In this document: one piece after another, positions 1 to 9,458 of the stretch
Numbering within the stretch: the first letter of the stretch is position 1
Layout of the letters: each line of letters opens with the position of its first letter
Assembly (NCBI GenBank): GCA_965238055.1
Contig: OZ250178.1
Location: 2,649,184-2,713,183 of the forward strand
Source of the DNA: Candidatus Foliamicus sp.
GTDB taxonomy: Bacteria > Pseudomonadota > Gammaproteobacteria > Steroidobacterales > Foliamicaceae
Direction of reading: 5' to 3'
Length of the DNA stretch: 64,000 nucleotides
Translations under genes and position numbers: made by a program
Notes under the pieces: model-generated
What the model was told of the DNA's origin: nothing
Database searches by the model: none
The model's input: only the letters and a program-made list of their open reading frames with translations

Positions 1-210
1 GTTGTAGGTGCCGGATTAATTGTGACATCCATATTGTTGTTGTTCAAAGAGGCCTCAATTGCTCGCATCACATGATCCTGCTGGATTATCTCAGAGTCGA
101 AACTAAGCTCTCCGTGGGCTCTACACTTTGGACAATACAGAAGACCTGACTCACGCATCTCTGGCTTCGTCCCACATTTGGCGCAGCCAAGCTGTTTTCC
201 AATCGTTCAC
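1..210 (-). CDS. Possible Zn-ribbon protein, running off the left edge; start uncertain or frameshifted
   Basis: Manual minus-strand translation is open from about 206 to the edge: KQLGCAKCGTKPEMRESGLLYCPKCRAHG, two CxxC motifs. A GAGGAG RBS and GTG at 210 lie one base out of frame, across an AAAA run. Confidence 0.3.
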
Positions 211-223
211 CAGAATTGTCTCC

Positions 224-778
224 TCATTGACTCACACAATACTTGATCAGATTATTGTGACCGCGTGAGAGCCACGCGGCACGGAAGGCAGCTTCAATCT
301 CATTCGCTGCGTTGCGACGCATACGTCCGCGGGGGCTTGGGTGGGGGACGCAGAAAATCGGGCCGGCAAAACGAAGACTTTCCGCGATCTTGTGAGCCCA
401 CTGCCCTTGGGCGACAACCGCCGCGGGGACCGAAATGTCGAGCAGTTTCTGGCAGAGTGGCACATTCTCATTGATGGCCTTTACGGTCGGACGTTCATTG
501 TAGGCGCCAAGAGCGTTCCAAGGAGTCGCGGCGGACTTCGGAATCTCTAAACGCTCAAGAAGGGCTTTGCACCAATTTGCTGTTAGGTCGTCGTTGTCGA
601 TATCCACAAGACCCGAACTTAGGGCACCTGAACGGGGCGTGTGGACAGGACCGCCGGGATCTTGCAGTAGGCTGAATATTGCACCGGGGAAACCCGCGTG
701 ACCCTTTCCGATGCGCGGCATAATTAGGCCGCGCCGCGTCTCGCTTTCCACGATAATGGCATTCAGCTTTTCACGCAT
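224..778 (-). CDS. Uracil-DNA glycosylase superfamily protein
   Basis: 184 aa with LQDPG (motif A-like), TPWNA and C-terminal VPHPSPRG (motif B-like); AGCAGG RBS upstream. Confidence 0.65.
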   Translation of the reverse strand: MREKLNAIIVESETRRGLIMPRIGKGHAGFPGAIFSLLQDPGGPVHTPRSGALSSGLVDIDNDDLTANWCKALLERLEIPKSAATPWNALGAYNERPTVKAINENVPLCQKLLDISVPAAVVAQGQWAHKIAESLRFAGPIFCVPHPSPRGRMRRNAANEIEAAFRAAWLSRGHNNLIKYCVSQ

Positions 779-931
779 TCCTGCTTGTTTTTGGCCTTTC
801 TTGGACCACTGCTATGAGATTACCTTGGACTGGATGATCAACCGGTAAAAGTAACATCGAAATGCGCAGAGCGAATGTCGGGACGGCGCTGGGAAGGACG
901 TGAAGGAATTAACGCTAATTGTGCACGAACG

Positions 932-1445
932 CTATCCCTGCGCGCTTGCGGCGGCTAATTCTATTACGTAGTCCTGGAATGTGTTGAGCTTACGCCCCAG
1001 TATCCACCGCAGCACATTGGGATTGCCGCGAAACCCGAATTGGTCGTAGTGCTTGTTCATCGTGAGCATTTGCGTTATTCGATCGTCGTTGGCGCCGGCG
1101 GCGCGGGCGTTCTTCTCCACCTGCTCCAGGCTCACGGCTGCGGCACGAATCTCTCTGCCTAGCACTCGGCTGATCACGGCGGCCATATCGCGCTGGCTTA
1201 GGGCCTCTGGGCCGGCAAGCTCGTAGGTCGCGTAGAGGTGTCCGGGGTTGGTGGCTACGATGGCCGTTGCTTCGGCGAGATCGCGGAGGTCCGCGACATT
1301 GAAGCGGACATCGATGTTGAAGGGCATCGCGTGAATGCCCGTCTCAAGCACCTTGTTCCAGATCAATGCCAGGTGCTGCATGTAGCGCATGGGCTGCACG
1401 ATGGTGTAGGGCAGGCCGGACTCGATTAGGCCTTCTTCGGCGTCA
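932..1445 (-). pseudogene. 5'-truncated duplicate of the NmrA-like gene at 8601-9458
   Basis: DAEEGLIESGLPYTIVQPMRYMQHL... is nearly identical to the C-terminal half of 8601-9458. The N-terminal NAD(P)-binding part is absent and IS ends lie immediately upstream. Confidence 0.8.
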
Positions 1446-1486
1446 GCCCCGAGGCCTTTGAGCAGGCCTCAAAATGAGGCTCGGCG

Positions 1487-1512
1487 GTGTCCACCATCCT
1501 CGGGGCACTCCA
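1487..1512 (-). mobile_element. IS3-like terminal sequence TGGAGTGCCCC...GGACAC, copy 1
   Basis: Matches 8508-8533 at 23/26 positions; starts with TG like IS3-family ends; lies 2 bp from another IS end. Confidence 0.45.
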
Positions 1513-1514
1513 TT

Positions 1515-1552
1515 TCAAGATCCGGAGCCTCCGGTAAACCCGGCTCGATTCA
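1515..1552 (-). mobile_element. IS3-family (IS51 group) left-end remnant
   Basis: Reverse complement TGAATCGAGCCGGGTTTACCGGAGGCTCCGGATCTTGA is 37/38 identical to 3243-3280. Confidence 0.75.
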
Positions 1553-2305
1553 GAATCTTCCTCTTTGGCTACAGCCGCGGCGCCTATACCGTTCGGGCAA
1601 TCTGCGGATTGATCAACAACTGCGGAATCATCAGGCGGGCCGGCGCCCGGCTCATTGCGAACGCATGGAGAATCTACAAAAGCCCGTCAAAAAAGAACCA
1701 TCCCAAGGGCGCGGCGGCACAAGACTTTCGTGACAACCACAGCCACGCCAGCCGTGACGTTCACTTTGTCGGCGTCTGGGACACCGTCGGCGCATTGGGA
1801 ATCCCATTCAGCCTTATGGGACTGTTTGAAGGAAAGGATGAGTTCTACGACAACCGCATGGGCTCCAACATTGGCACTGCGCGCCATGCCTTGGCCATTG
1901 ACGAAAGACGAGCGGACTTCACTCCGACACTCTGGCAGCCAAGACCTGGTGTTGACCTGAAGCAGATCTGGTTTGCGGGATGCCACGGGGACATCGGCGG
2001 CGGTCACCCACCCGATTCTGACGGCTCGTGTATCGCGGACGTGGCGCTTGGATGGATGTTGCATGAAGCCAGGCAAGCAGGACTCAATCTCGAAGACCAT
2101 GTTCTTGGTGCGACGACCGACGGTACGTTGGCCCGTATCCACAAGTCGCGAGTCAAGGCGTTTCGCCTTCGGCCCGCGCAAGAGCGTTGTCTGGAACACC
2201 CAGACATCCCAACCTCGGTGCATCCGAGTGTGCGGGATCGGTTTCAGCGGGATGACGGCTATTGACCAAAAAACCTTCTGAAGTTGCTTGAATCGCATGG
2301 CGGCT
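1553..2305 (+). pseudogene. DUF2235 (Tle1-like) alpha/beta-hydrolase phospholipase, N-terminally truncated, with a late TGA
   Basis: IFLFGYSRGAYTVR, VGVWDTVGALG, ARHALAIDERR and WFAGCHGDIGGG motifs. Homology starts exactly at the IS end. Y*PKNL at 2263-2265 probably corresponds to YRPKNL. Confidence 0.8.
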
Positions 2306-2309
2306 GGGA

Positions 2310-2655
2310 CAAAGCCGCCGCTCCAACTCCGTATCGTCCCATTCCGCCGGCAACGGCCACGACAGCCCGCACGCCTTCGCGCGGCGCTCATACTTCAACA
2401 CCGTCGGGTGAGCCAGACTACAACCGCGCGCAGTCTGCCGCACGCTCAGCCCCACCTCCCACCTCAAACGCAATACTTCTCGAACTCGACGCATGGTTAA
2501 TCTCATCCTCGGCATCCGACCCCCTCCCGTGTTGCAAAAGCAGCAGGGTACGCAATCCCTCACCCGCGCCGGAACGCTCCAAGGTGGTAACTTTGGCGTG
2601 AAATCAGCGGTAACTTTCCGCTGGAATCAGTGGTAACTTTGACGTGAAATACGCA
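2310..2655 (-). mobile_element. istA: IS21-family left end with truncated istA (ATG 2515)
   Basis: MPRMRLTMRRVREVLRLRW...GLSWPLPAEWDDTELERRL resembles the IstA N-terminus. The end reads TGCGTATTTCACG, with three GGTAACTTT repeats at 23-bp spacing (2586, 2609, 2632). Confidence 0.8.
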
Positions 2656-2733
2656 TTATTCTCAAGAAGCTGCTAAGAGATAGATGTCGCAGGCGGGATT
2701 TGCCAGCATAGGCAGCTAGCAGCGTGGCTAGGA

Positions 2734-3207
2734 GTGAAAATGTCCCTACTTACTAATTTGGGCGCAATATTGCGTCGACTATTCCACAGTTTTCGGTCGG
2801 AAGGAGCCAGCTCAGACCTTGGAGCAATTATTGGCCACGTCGCAAAATTTCTTGGGGTTGCTGCAACCATATACGTTTCATCCATCGCAGCGAGCGCGAT
2901 GCTCGGAAGTCTCGTGGCGTCCTTTTTTGAGGTAACAGCAAGTTCGAACAAGAATGCAATCATGCTTCTCGATGAGAACTGGCTGCTATCGTTCTTCCTA
3001 ATATTGGCGTTCTCAGCCTGGTATGGAATCTTGGCGCAGGCGCTAAAGGCCGTAAGAGGAATCAATCTAGCCAAACGAATGCTGAAGATTCGTCTTGTCG
3101 CTCAGATGCTGATAGGGGTGTTCGCCTTAGCCGCAATTCTTGTACTGCTTGAGGTGCTGCTAGACGTTGTTGCAATAACTGGATTTGCTGAAGAATTGGG
3201 CAGATAG
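2734..3207 (+). CDS. Hypothetical membrane protein
   Basis: 157 aa with three to four hydrophobic segments; visibly more AT-rich than the flanks; sits between IS remnants. Confidence 0.5.
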   Translation: MKMSLLTNLGAILRRLFHSFRSEGASSDLGAIIGHVAKFLGVAATIYVSSIAASAMLGSLVASFFEVTASSNKNAIMLLDENWLLSFFLILAFSAWYGILAQALKAVRGINLAKRMLKIRLVAQMLIGVFALAAILVLLEVLLDVVAITGFAEELGR

Positions 3208-3242
3208 GGTATGCTTGGCATATGTCGCTCGCATTCAGCAAT

Positions 3243-3436
3243 TGAATCGCGCCGGGTTTACCGGAGGCTCCGGATCTTGAGAGGATTGGGGCATGAACAA
3301 AGCGAAGCGTTATTCCCCGGAGGTCAGGGAAAGAGCCGTACGGCTGCTGTTTGAACACGAGAAGGACTACCGGTCGCGGATGCCGTCGTTTATCCGCACG
3401 CACGTGATGGAGCACTTCCCGGACCGCGTCCTCTAG
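3243..3436 (+). mobile_element. IS3-family (IS51 group) left end plus truncated orfA (3293-3436)
   Basis: TGAATCGCGCCGGGTTTACCGGAGG end followed by MNKAKRYSPEVRERAVRLLFEHEKDYRSR, an IS629/IS6110-like OrfA N-terminus; the sequence then diverges and stops. Confidence 0.8.
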
Positions 3437-3530
3437 ACGCGAAGCGCCGCGCCTAAGCGGGTGGGACCGCGAACTGGGTCAAGATCCCGGGTGCCCGGGC
3501 CGGCATGCAGCAACACAGCAACAGGCGTCC

Positions 3531-6500
3531 TCAGCGTGGCGCCACCGTAACGGCGACGCTGATCGTTTGCGCATCGCGCAGTACCGTCGCGGTGACAGTA
3601 TCGCCCGGCGCCAGAGCTTTAAGGAAATCGGAAAAAGCGCCGAGGCCGGCCACTGTCTCGCCATTCATCTTAAGCAGTATATCCCCGGCCTGTATTCCAG
3701 CCAGCTCGGCCGGCGAGCCAGGAACTACCGAGTCCACTCGCACCCCGTCGGCGTTGTGGGCGAAATCCGGCACGGTGCCGAAAGACACGCGTCGCTGTCC
3801 TTCAACATTGGCCGGTCGGTTATCGGAACCCGCGGCTGTGGTGCTGCCCGAAAGGACCATTGGTTCCTCACGCTGAATCAGGTAGCCGGTCGCTTCCTTG
3901 ACGAATGTCGCGACTTTAACCATGCCGGCAGCGTTGACCTTGTCCGGCGTGTCACTGGCCCGGTGATAGTCAAGATGGGCGCCGGTGAAGATCTGCACTC
4001 CCGGCACGCCGCGATCAATGAAACTTTGCTGGTCTGACGACGCGGTGGCGCCGGCTATGTTTTCACTGGGGATGCCTGTCACCGCGGTGACGCCACGAAA
4101 CACGAACGGCCACTCCATCGCGCTACCCGTGGCCAGTACCGATATCGGCTGATCTTCCAGCCGTCCCACGCTATCGAGATTGATAACACCGACGATGCCT
4201 TCCAGCGGCGCGGGTCGCGGATGCTCCACGTAGTAGCGCGAGCCCAGCAATCCCGCTTCCTCGGCGCTGAACGCCACAAACGCCAAATTACGCTCGGGGG
4301 GCGCTCCGGCAGCAAAGTTGCGTGCCAGCTCAATCAATATCGCCACGCCACTGGCGTTGTCATCGGCGCCGGGATGAATCCGGCCAACATCCGACTGCCG
4401 GACATCGGGCCAGCCGTGTCCGAGGTGGTCATAGTGGGCAGTAACCAATACGGCCTGGTCTGCATACGCGGGATTGGTCCCGGGCAGGTAACCGATGACG
4501 TTGTATACCCGATGCGGTTGCCCGTCTTCCCCTTCCTCGACCGCAAAACCCTGAAGATAGCCGCCATCGTCACCGGCGGCTACAAGGCCGGCGTCCGCAA
4601 ATTCGCCGGCTATATAGGCGGCCGCCTCTTCCAGCTGCGTTGAGCCCAGCCCGCGGCCTTCCATTTCGGGTGAGGCAAGATAGTCGACGTGTTGTTTCAG
4701 CCGTTCCCCGGAAAAGACCGCCGGGAGTTCGGCGAGCGGTTTGCGAGCCGGCGGGGGCGCGGCAGTCACCGGACCGGCGGCGCGTTGCTCCGCGCTGCGT
4801 AAATCCACCCGTAGCGGCGAATCGCTATTGGCCCATTCACCGCTGGCGATGTTGGTCGGCTCATCGCCTTCGAAAGCGAGGTAGGAATACCTGCCGTAAT
4901 GGGGCAACTTGGCAGCGATTCCAGGGAATGCAGCAACGGGATCAACGACAATCCAGCCGACCGCCTTGTTGACATTCGCGGGATGCCGGCGCACCGCCAC
5001 AGTCGAATGGCCGGCAGCGGGAATCGCCCGGTCCTGGAACTGCAAGCCGGTGTCGTTGACCGTCAGTCCCAACCCGGTGTCCGACTGAAACAGGACCTCG
5101 GCGAACCGGTTGTCCCGACCCAAGACCCACACGGCGGCGTCCCCCGGCAATTCATCGGCATCAACGTCCAGCACGATCGTCATGTTCTGCGTTGGACTTC
5201 GCCAGCGTTCGACCAACTCGCGATACGCTGCGCGGGTCGCTTCGTTAGCGGCTGCCGGCAGGACTGCCACAAGCTTTCGATCACCGAGTAGCTGACCGAT
5301 CGACGGTGCGGTTTCCCGCGCATCCAGCAGTCGGAACAGGTCGAATTGCGGGTCGACTTCCAGTAACTGCGGTTGGGAGACGGTCTCGAACTTAAATGAC
5401 GTCGCTGCCCCGGTCACGCTCAGCACCTGGGTCTTAAGTCCATCGACCGTGGTAAGGGACAACGGCGCCTGTAATTCGAATTTCGCGCCGGTCTGGACCT
5501 GTCGCAGCACGCCAGTCACCGCAAAACCGCCGGCCGTGGTTTGAACCTCGACCGCGTCAAGACGCAGGTTGGGCGCACCGGCGAGATCCACCCATTGTTC
5601 GAAGAACCGCTCCAGATCCTGACCGGAAACCTGTTCCAGTTGCGCCCGGATATCGGCAAAGCTTGCCTTGCTGCCGCGGTGCTCGCGGTAAAAACGCGCC
5701 AGCGCTGTCTTGAACGCTTCGTCACCGAGCTGCCGGCGCAGCATATGAAATCCCATCAGTGTCTTGCCGTAACCGACGGCTTCGGTGGCGGCGCTGTGCC
5801 GGGAACGAAATTCGGTCAACGGAAAATCGCGGCCGTCACGAACGAAATCACGGTACTTCTTCAGCGTATCGCGCCGATACTCCGCAGCCTGGCCTGCCTG
5901 CTCTTTCATCAGGTGATCGGCCATGTAAGCCGTCAATCCTTCGCACCAGTTGCCGGTGGGGTAATCGACAAACACCGAATTGCCCCACCAGTTGTGCAGG
6001 ATCTCGTGGGGATAGGAAGAAGTCAGGATGAACGGAAAGCGAATAATCTGCGGTCCCAGCAACGTGAACGACGGCATGCCGTAACCGGTTTCCCAGAAAT
6101 TCTCGACCAATGCGAACTTGCCGTATGGATAGGGCCCGATCAGTCCGCGATACATCTCGATGTACCGGGCGGTGGCGGAAAGATACCGGTCGGCCAGCGC
6201 TGCATCGGGCTCTCTTAGGTACACCTGCGCTGCCACTGCGCCGGCTGCCGCTTCGTACAGTGTTGAGGGACCGCCGACCAGGTAAATCTCGTCCACCAGA
6301 CCGCCCGAATCCCAATGCGCCCGTCCGGCCTTGTCCCGCGAAGACCCGTTGCCCTGACTGATCAGGCGCCAGCCGTCGGGCACGGCGGCCGTGAGCTCGA
6401 AACGGATCAGCTCGTCGCTGAAGTACGGGTACCACAGCGTGCCGCCGGCGAGATACACGCCGTCGCTACGGACCAGGCCGGCGGTTTCGATGATGCCGCG

Positions 6501-6908
6501 GGCGTATTCCTCCTCCGGGGAAGACAGCGGGAAGTTCACCGTGCCGCCGTAGGTGAGCTTCAGTGTGCTCGAACCTTCGGGCAGCGTGACCCGGTAACGC
6601 GCGATCGCGTCGAGTTGCCCCAACACCACGCTGGAGCCGTTGATGCCGGTAAAGCCGCCTTGCTCGTATTGCAGGCGGGTCACGTTGGGGTCGGAGTCGT
6701 CGATCTGCAGGGCCGACGTCAATAGAAACTCGACCGAGCGTCCGGCGAACTCCGGCGGCAATTCGACGACGGCGGATACCTGGAGCTGATGAGTGCCCGG
6801 CTCGATGCCGACATCGAGTTCGTAGCGCGTTCCGTTTTCGGCGTGCGCCGTGCCCGCCACCAGGAACAGCAGCAGAATCGAACGCCAGGTGCGGCTGAAA
6901 TCAGTCAC
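3531..6908 (-). CDS. Secreted multidomain peptidase: M1 aminopeptidase + M28 peptidase + PDZ
   Basis: Signal peptide; HEILHNWWGN...WCEGL (HExxH...E); AHYDH, GADDNASG and AEEAG (M28); C-terminal PDZ (GVRVDSVVPGSPAELAG). Confidence 0.9.
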   Translation of the reverse strand: MTDFSRTWRSILLLFLVAGTAHAENGTRYELDVGIEPGTHQLQVSAVVELPPEFAGRSVEFLLTSALQIDDSDPNVTRLQYEQGGFTGINGSSVVLGQLDAIARYRVTLPEGSSTLKLTYGGTVNFPLSSPEEEYARGIIETAGLVRSDGVYLAGGTLWYPYFSDELIRFELTAAVPDGWRLISQGNGSSRDKAGRAHWDSGGLVDEIYLVGGPSTLYEAAAGAVAAQVYLREPDAALADRYLSATARYIEMYRGLIGPYPYGKFALVENFWETGYGMPSFTLLGPQIIRFPFILTSSYPHEILHNWWGNSVFVDYPTGNWCEGLTAYMADHLMKEQAGQAAEYRRDTLKKYRDFVRDGRDFPLTEFRSRHSAATEAVGYGKTLMGFHMLRRQLGDEAFKTALARFYREHRGSKASFADIRAQLEQVSGQDLERFFEQWVDLAGAPNLRLDAVEVQTTAGGFAVTGVLRQVQTGAKFELQAPLSLTTVDGLKTQVLSVTGAATSFKFETVSQPQLLEVDPQFDLFRLLDARETAPSIGQLLGDRKLVAVLPAAANEATRAAYRELVERWRSPTQNMTIVLDVDADELPGDAAVWVLGRDNRFAEVLFQSDTGLGLTVNDTGLQFQDRAIPAAGHSTVAVRRHPANVNKAVGWIVVDPVAAFPGIAAKLPHYGRYSYLAFEGDEPTNIASGEWANSDSPLRVDLRSAEQRAAGPVTAAPPPARKPLAELPAVFSGERLKQHVDYLASPEMEGRGLGSTQLEEAAAYIAGEFADAGLVAAGDDGGYLQGFAVEEGEDGQPHRVYNVIGYLPGTNPAYADQAVLVTAHYDHLGHGWPDVRQSDVGRIHPGADDNASGVAILIELARNFAAGAPPERNLAFVAFSAEEAGLLGSRYYVEHPRPAPLEGIVGVINLDSVGRLEDQPISVLATGSAMEWPFVFRGVTAVTGIPSENIAGATASSDQQSFIDRGVPGVQIFTGAHLDYHRASDTPDKVNAAGMVKVATFVKEATGYLIQREEPMVLSGSTTAAGSDNRPANVEGQRRVSFGTVPDFAHNADGVRVDSVVPGSPAELAGIQAGDILLKMNGETVAGLGAFSDFLKALAPGDTVTATVLRDAQTISVAVTVAPR

Positions 6909-8146
6909 TTGCTGTGGGTCTCAGCCGGCACGCGGCGAAAATGTAAATCCAGCGTCCGGACCTCGCCGTCACGCTCGAACCGCAATAAGGCGCTGTCGCC
7001 CCAGTCGTAGCCCGCGATCTGCTTGCGCAGCGCGACGCTCGAGTCCAACTTGCCATGGTCGAGATACAGCAGCACATCCCCGACCAGGATCCCGGCACGC
7101 TGCGCTACCGAATCGTCGCTGACCTGAATGACGCTGGTCGGGGCCGAGCCCAAGGCGCCGGCCAGCGAAACCCCCAGGCTCGGATAAGCAGGTTCGATCT
7201 CGGGCGGCACGCCCCAGATGAAGTTGGCGTAGGAAGCCCTCACCTCATGGACCGGTTCGTTTTCATCGTCGCGTATTGGCACCGGCGCCAGGGAACGGAT
7301 CCGGCCGTCAAACGCATCTGTGATTTGCCGTTCGGCGCCCAGACCGTAGGTGACATGGCCCGCTCCGATCAACACCACCATGATGGCATCCTCGCCACCG
7401 TGTCGTTCCAGCGCCATGCGCGCATTCCAGCCCATCGCCGCGTCCCAGGTGCACTGCGCCCGGAACATTCCGTCCCACTGCTCTTCACTGATGGCCACGT
7501 GCAGCGCGTCGTCGTCTTCGAAATAAGCGCGGAACAATTGCCGGTGTTCGTCGCTGTCCGTGTTCACGGTTTCCGGCATATGTGCAGCCTGCGCGGCGCT
7601 TAATCCTTCGAAGCCCTTGGTGCGCACCGTTCTTACGTGGTCGCGTGGAATGTTCACGCCAAACATCGGAATGCCGTTGTCCCTGGCGAACAGAAAAATA
7701 CGCTGGTAGTAGTCCCAGCGATAGCCCCAGCTCTCGTACCAACCGGACAATTCAACAAACGCTTCTTCGGTCAGCAACCCGTCGCTCCATTTGTTCAGAA
7801 CTGCCTGCCGCGTATACGGGTACATTTCCAGCCCGACCATCACCTCGCGGCCGGTGCGGTGCAGCTCTTCTATAACTCTCGCCTGCACACGGTGAAAGTC
7901 CATGTCGGTGTGGTCCTCACCAATAAGAAGTATGCGGGTATCGGCCAGCCGTTCTGCCATTTCCTGTGGGGTCAACAACTCGCCGGTGGTGGTGTCGGTA
8001 ATACCGTCGAGCACCACTTGAACGTGCTGGCCCTTGCGCTTTGGATCGCCAATTTCCAGATCGAATACAGCGGAACCGGCCGCCAGTGCGGCGGCAGCCG
8101 GCACTAACAGGGTTGCGAGCGTAGCGAGCTTTAGAGCTGATCTCAT
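6905..8146 (-). CDS. ChaN-family (iron-regulated, heme-binding-like) protein with C-terminal PDZ
   Basis: Signal peptide; LLIGEDHTD..FHRVQ..GLEMYP; QCTWDAAM; LIGAGHV; PDZ tail; 4-bp overlap with the peptidase start. Confidence 0.8.
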   Translation of the reverse strand: MRSALKLATLATLLVPAAAALAAGSAVFDLEIGDPKRKGQHVQVVLDGITDTTTGELLTPQEMAERLADTRILLIGEDHTDMDFHRVQARVIEELHRTGREVMVGLEMYPYTRQAVLNKWSDGLLTEEAFVELSGWYESWGYRWDYYQRIFLFARDNGIPMFGVNIPRDHVRTVRTKGFEGLSAAQAAHMPETVNTDSDEHRQLFRAYFEDDDALHVAISEEQWDGMFRAQCTWDAAMGWNARMALERHGGEDAIMVVLIGAGHVTYGLGAERQITDAFDGRIRSLAPVPIRDDENEPVHEVRASYANFIWGVPPEIEPAYPSLGVSLAGALGSAPTSVIQVSDDSVAQRAGILVGDVLLYLDHGKLDSSVALRKQIAGYDWGDSALLRFERDGEVRTLDLHFRRVPAETHSK

Positions 8147-8175
8147 TGTGAGGTGATTGCCGAATCTATCGCAAT

Positions 8176-8463
8176 CTATGCGGCAACGATGCGCTCGACC
8201 TTGATCTCTTGTTGCAGGTGGCGCGACCGGGAAAGATCAAGGGCCAATTGCATGCCAAGCCATGTTTCGGGTGTAGAGCCGAACGCTTTTGACAGCCGGT
8301 AAGCCATTTCGATGGATACGGACGCCTTTTCATTGACCAGATGGGAAAGCGTCTGACGTCCAACACCGAGCCGCCTTGCACCTTCTGAAACGGACAGGGC
8401 CAATGGCTTCAAACAGTCTTCTCGCACGATGGCGCCAGGATGCACCGGGTTCTTCATTGCCAT
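8176..8463 (-). CDS. higA: HigA-family antitoxin (XRE HTH)
   Basis: MKNPVHPGAIVRED...MAYRLSKAFGSTPETWLGMQ. Confidence 0.9.
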   Translation of the reverse strand: MAMKNPVHPGAIVREDCLKPLALSVSEGARRLGVGRQTLSHLVNEKASVSIEMAYRLSKAFGSTPETWLGMQLALDLSRSRHLQQEIKVERIVAA

Positions 8464-8474
8464 GTCAGGATCTC

Positions 8475-8507
8475 CTAGTGGTAATCCAGATAGTCCACAT
8501 CAACTGC
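8475..8507 (-). pseudogene. higB: 3' stub of higB toxin
   Basis: Reads AVDVDYLDYH*, a typical HigB C-terminus, directly upstream of higA and cut by an IS-like end. Confidence 0.6.
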
Positions 8508-8570
8508 GTGTCCGCCATCTTAGGGGCACTCCAAGAGGATGGAGCGGGAGAATCGGGAGTTACGCAGACC
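8508..8570. mobile_element. IS3-like end (copy 2) abutting an IS3 orfA internal fragment
   Basis: 8508-8533 matches 1487-1512 (23/26). The plus strand just after reads KRMERENRELRR, like IS3 OrfA C-termini. Confidence 0.45.
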
Positions 8571-8600
8571 AGATAGAGCTGGAAGTCGGTTATTTGCGGG

Positions 8601-9458
8601 TCACGTGCCGACCAGCTGTCCGACATAGCTTTCGAAGGTATTGGGCTCACGACCAAGGACCCAGCGAAGCACATTGGGGTTACCGCGAAACCCAAATAGG
8701 TCGTAATGTATGTTCATGATGAACATTTGCGTGGCCCGATCGTCGCTGGCGCCGGCGGCGCGCGCGTTCTTCTCCATCTGCTCCAGGCTCACGGCTGCGG
8801 CGCGGATTTTTCTGCCGAGTACGCGGCTGATCACGGCGGCCATGTCGCGCTGGCTCAGGGCTTCCGGGCCGGCCAGCTCGTAAGTGGCGTAGAGATGTCC
8901 CGGGTTGGTCGCCACGATGGCGGTTGCTTCGGCAAGATCCTGCAAGTCCACGACGTTGAACTTGACGTCGATGTTGAAGGGCATCGCGTGGATGCCGGTC
9001 TCAAGCACCTTGTTCCAGATCAGCTCCAGGTGTTGCATGTAGCGCATGGGCTGCACGATGGTGTAGGGCAGGCCGGACTCGATCAGCGTTTCTTCGGCGT
9101 CGAGTTTGAGCCGGTGGTGACGGACCGCTCGTCGCAACGGGTGCATGACTGAGTAGTAGATGAAGCGCGCCACGCGGTGGGCTACGGCGTAGTCGATAAA
9201 GCGGCTTGTGATTTCGACCTCGTTGGGGTGCATGGGTGGGCCGATATGGATGATCGCTTCGCACGATGCCATCGCGGCGTCGATGGTTGATGCGTCTTCC
9301 ATGTCTCCGAGGGCAAAGGACGCCGCTCCCAATTCTTCCAGCGCCGGCCACTGCCGTTCGTCGCGCACGAACACCTTCACATCGGTGCCTCGGTTTGCGA
9401 GTGCTGTGAGTACAGCGCGGCCGGTTCGGCCGTTTGCTGCGGTCAACAGGATTGTCAT
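8601..9458 (-). CDS. NmrA-family NAD(P)-binding atypical SDR
   Basis: MTILLTAANGRTGRAV Rossmann start; ESGLPYTIVQP and YELAGPEALS motifs. Confidence 0.85.
   Translation of the reverse strand: MTILLTAANGRTGRAVLTALANRGTDVKVFVRDERQWPALEELGAASFALGDMEDASTIDAAMASCEAIIHIGPPMHPNEVEITSRFIDYAVAHRVARFIYYSVMHPLRRAVRHHRLKLDAEETLIESGLPYTIVQPMRYMQHLELIWNKVLETGIHAMPFNIDVKFNVVDLQDLAEATAIVATNPGHLYATYELAGPEALSQRDMAAVISRVLGRKIRAAAVSLEQMEKNARAAGASDDRATQMFIMNIHYDLFGFRGNPNVLRWVLGREPNTFESYVGQLVGT

Noticed and set aside
1-75. Plus-strand hydrophobic frame (VVGAGLIVTSILLLF...*) as the end of a membrane gene
   Set aside because: Too short to judge, and it overlaps a longer minus-strand frame with CxxC motifs.
1553-2305. 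Functional T6SS Tle1 effector
   Set aside because: The N-terminus is removed at an IS end, there is a premature TGA, and no vgrG, PAAR or tss genes are nearby.
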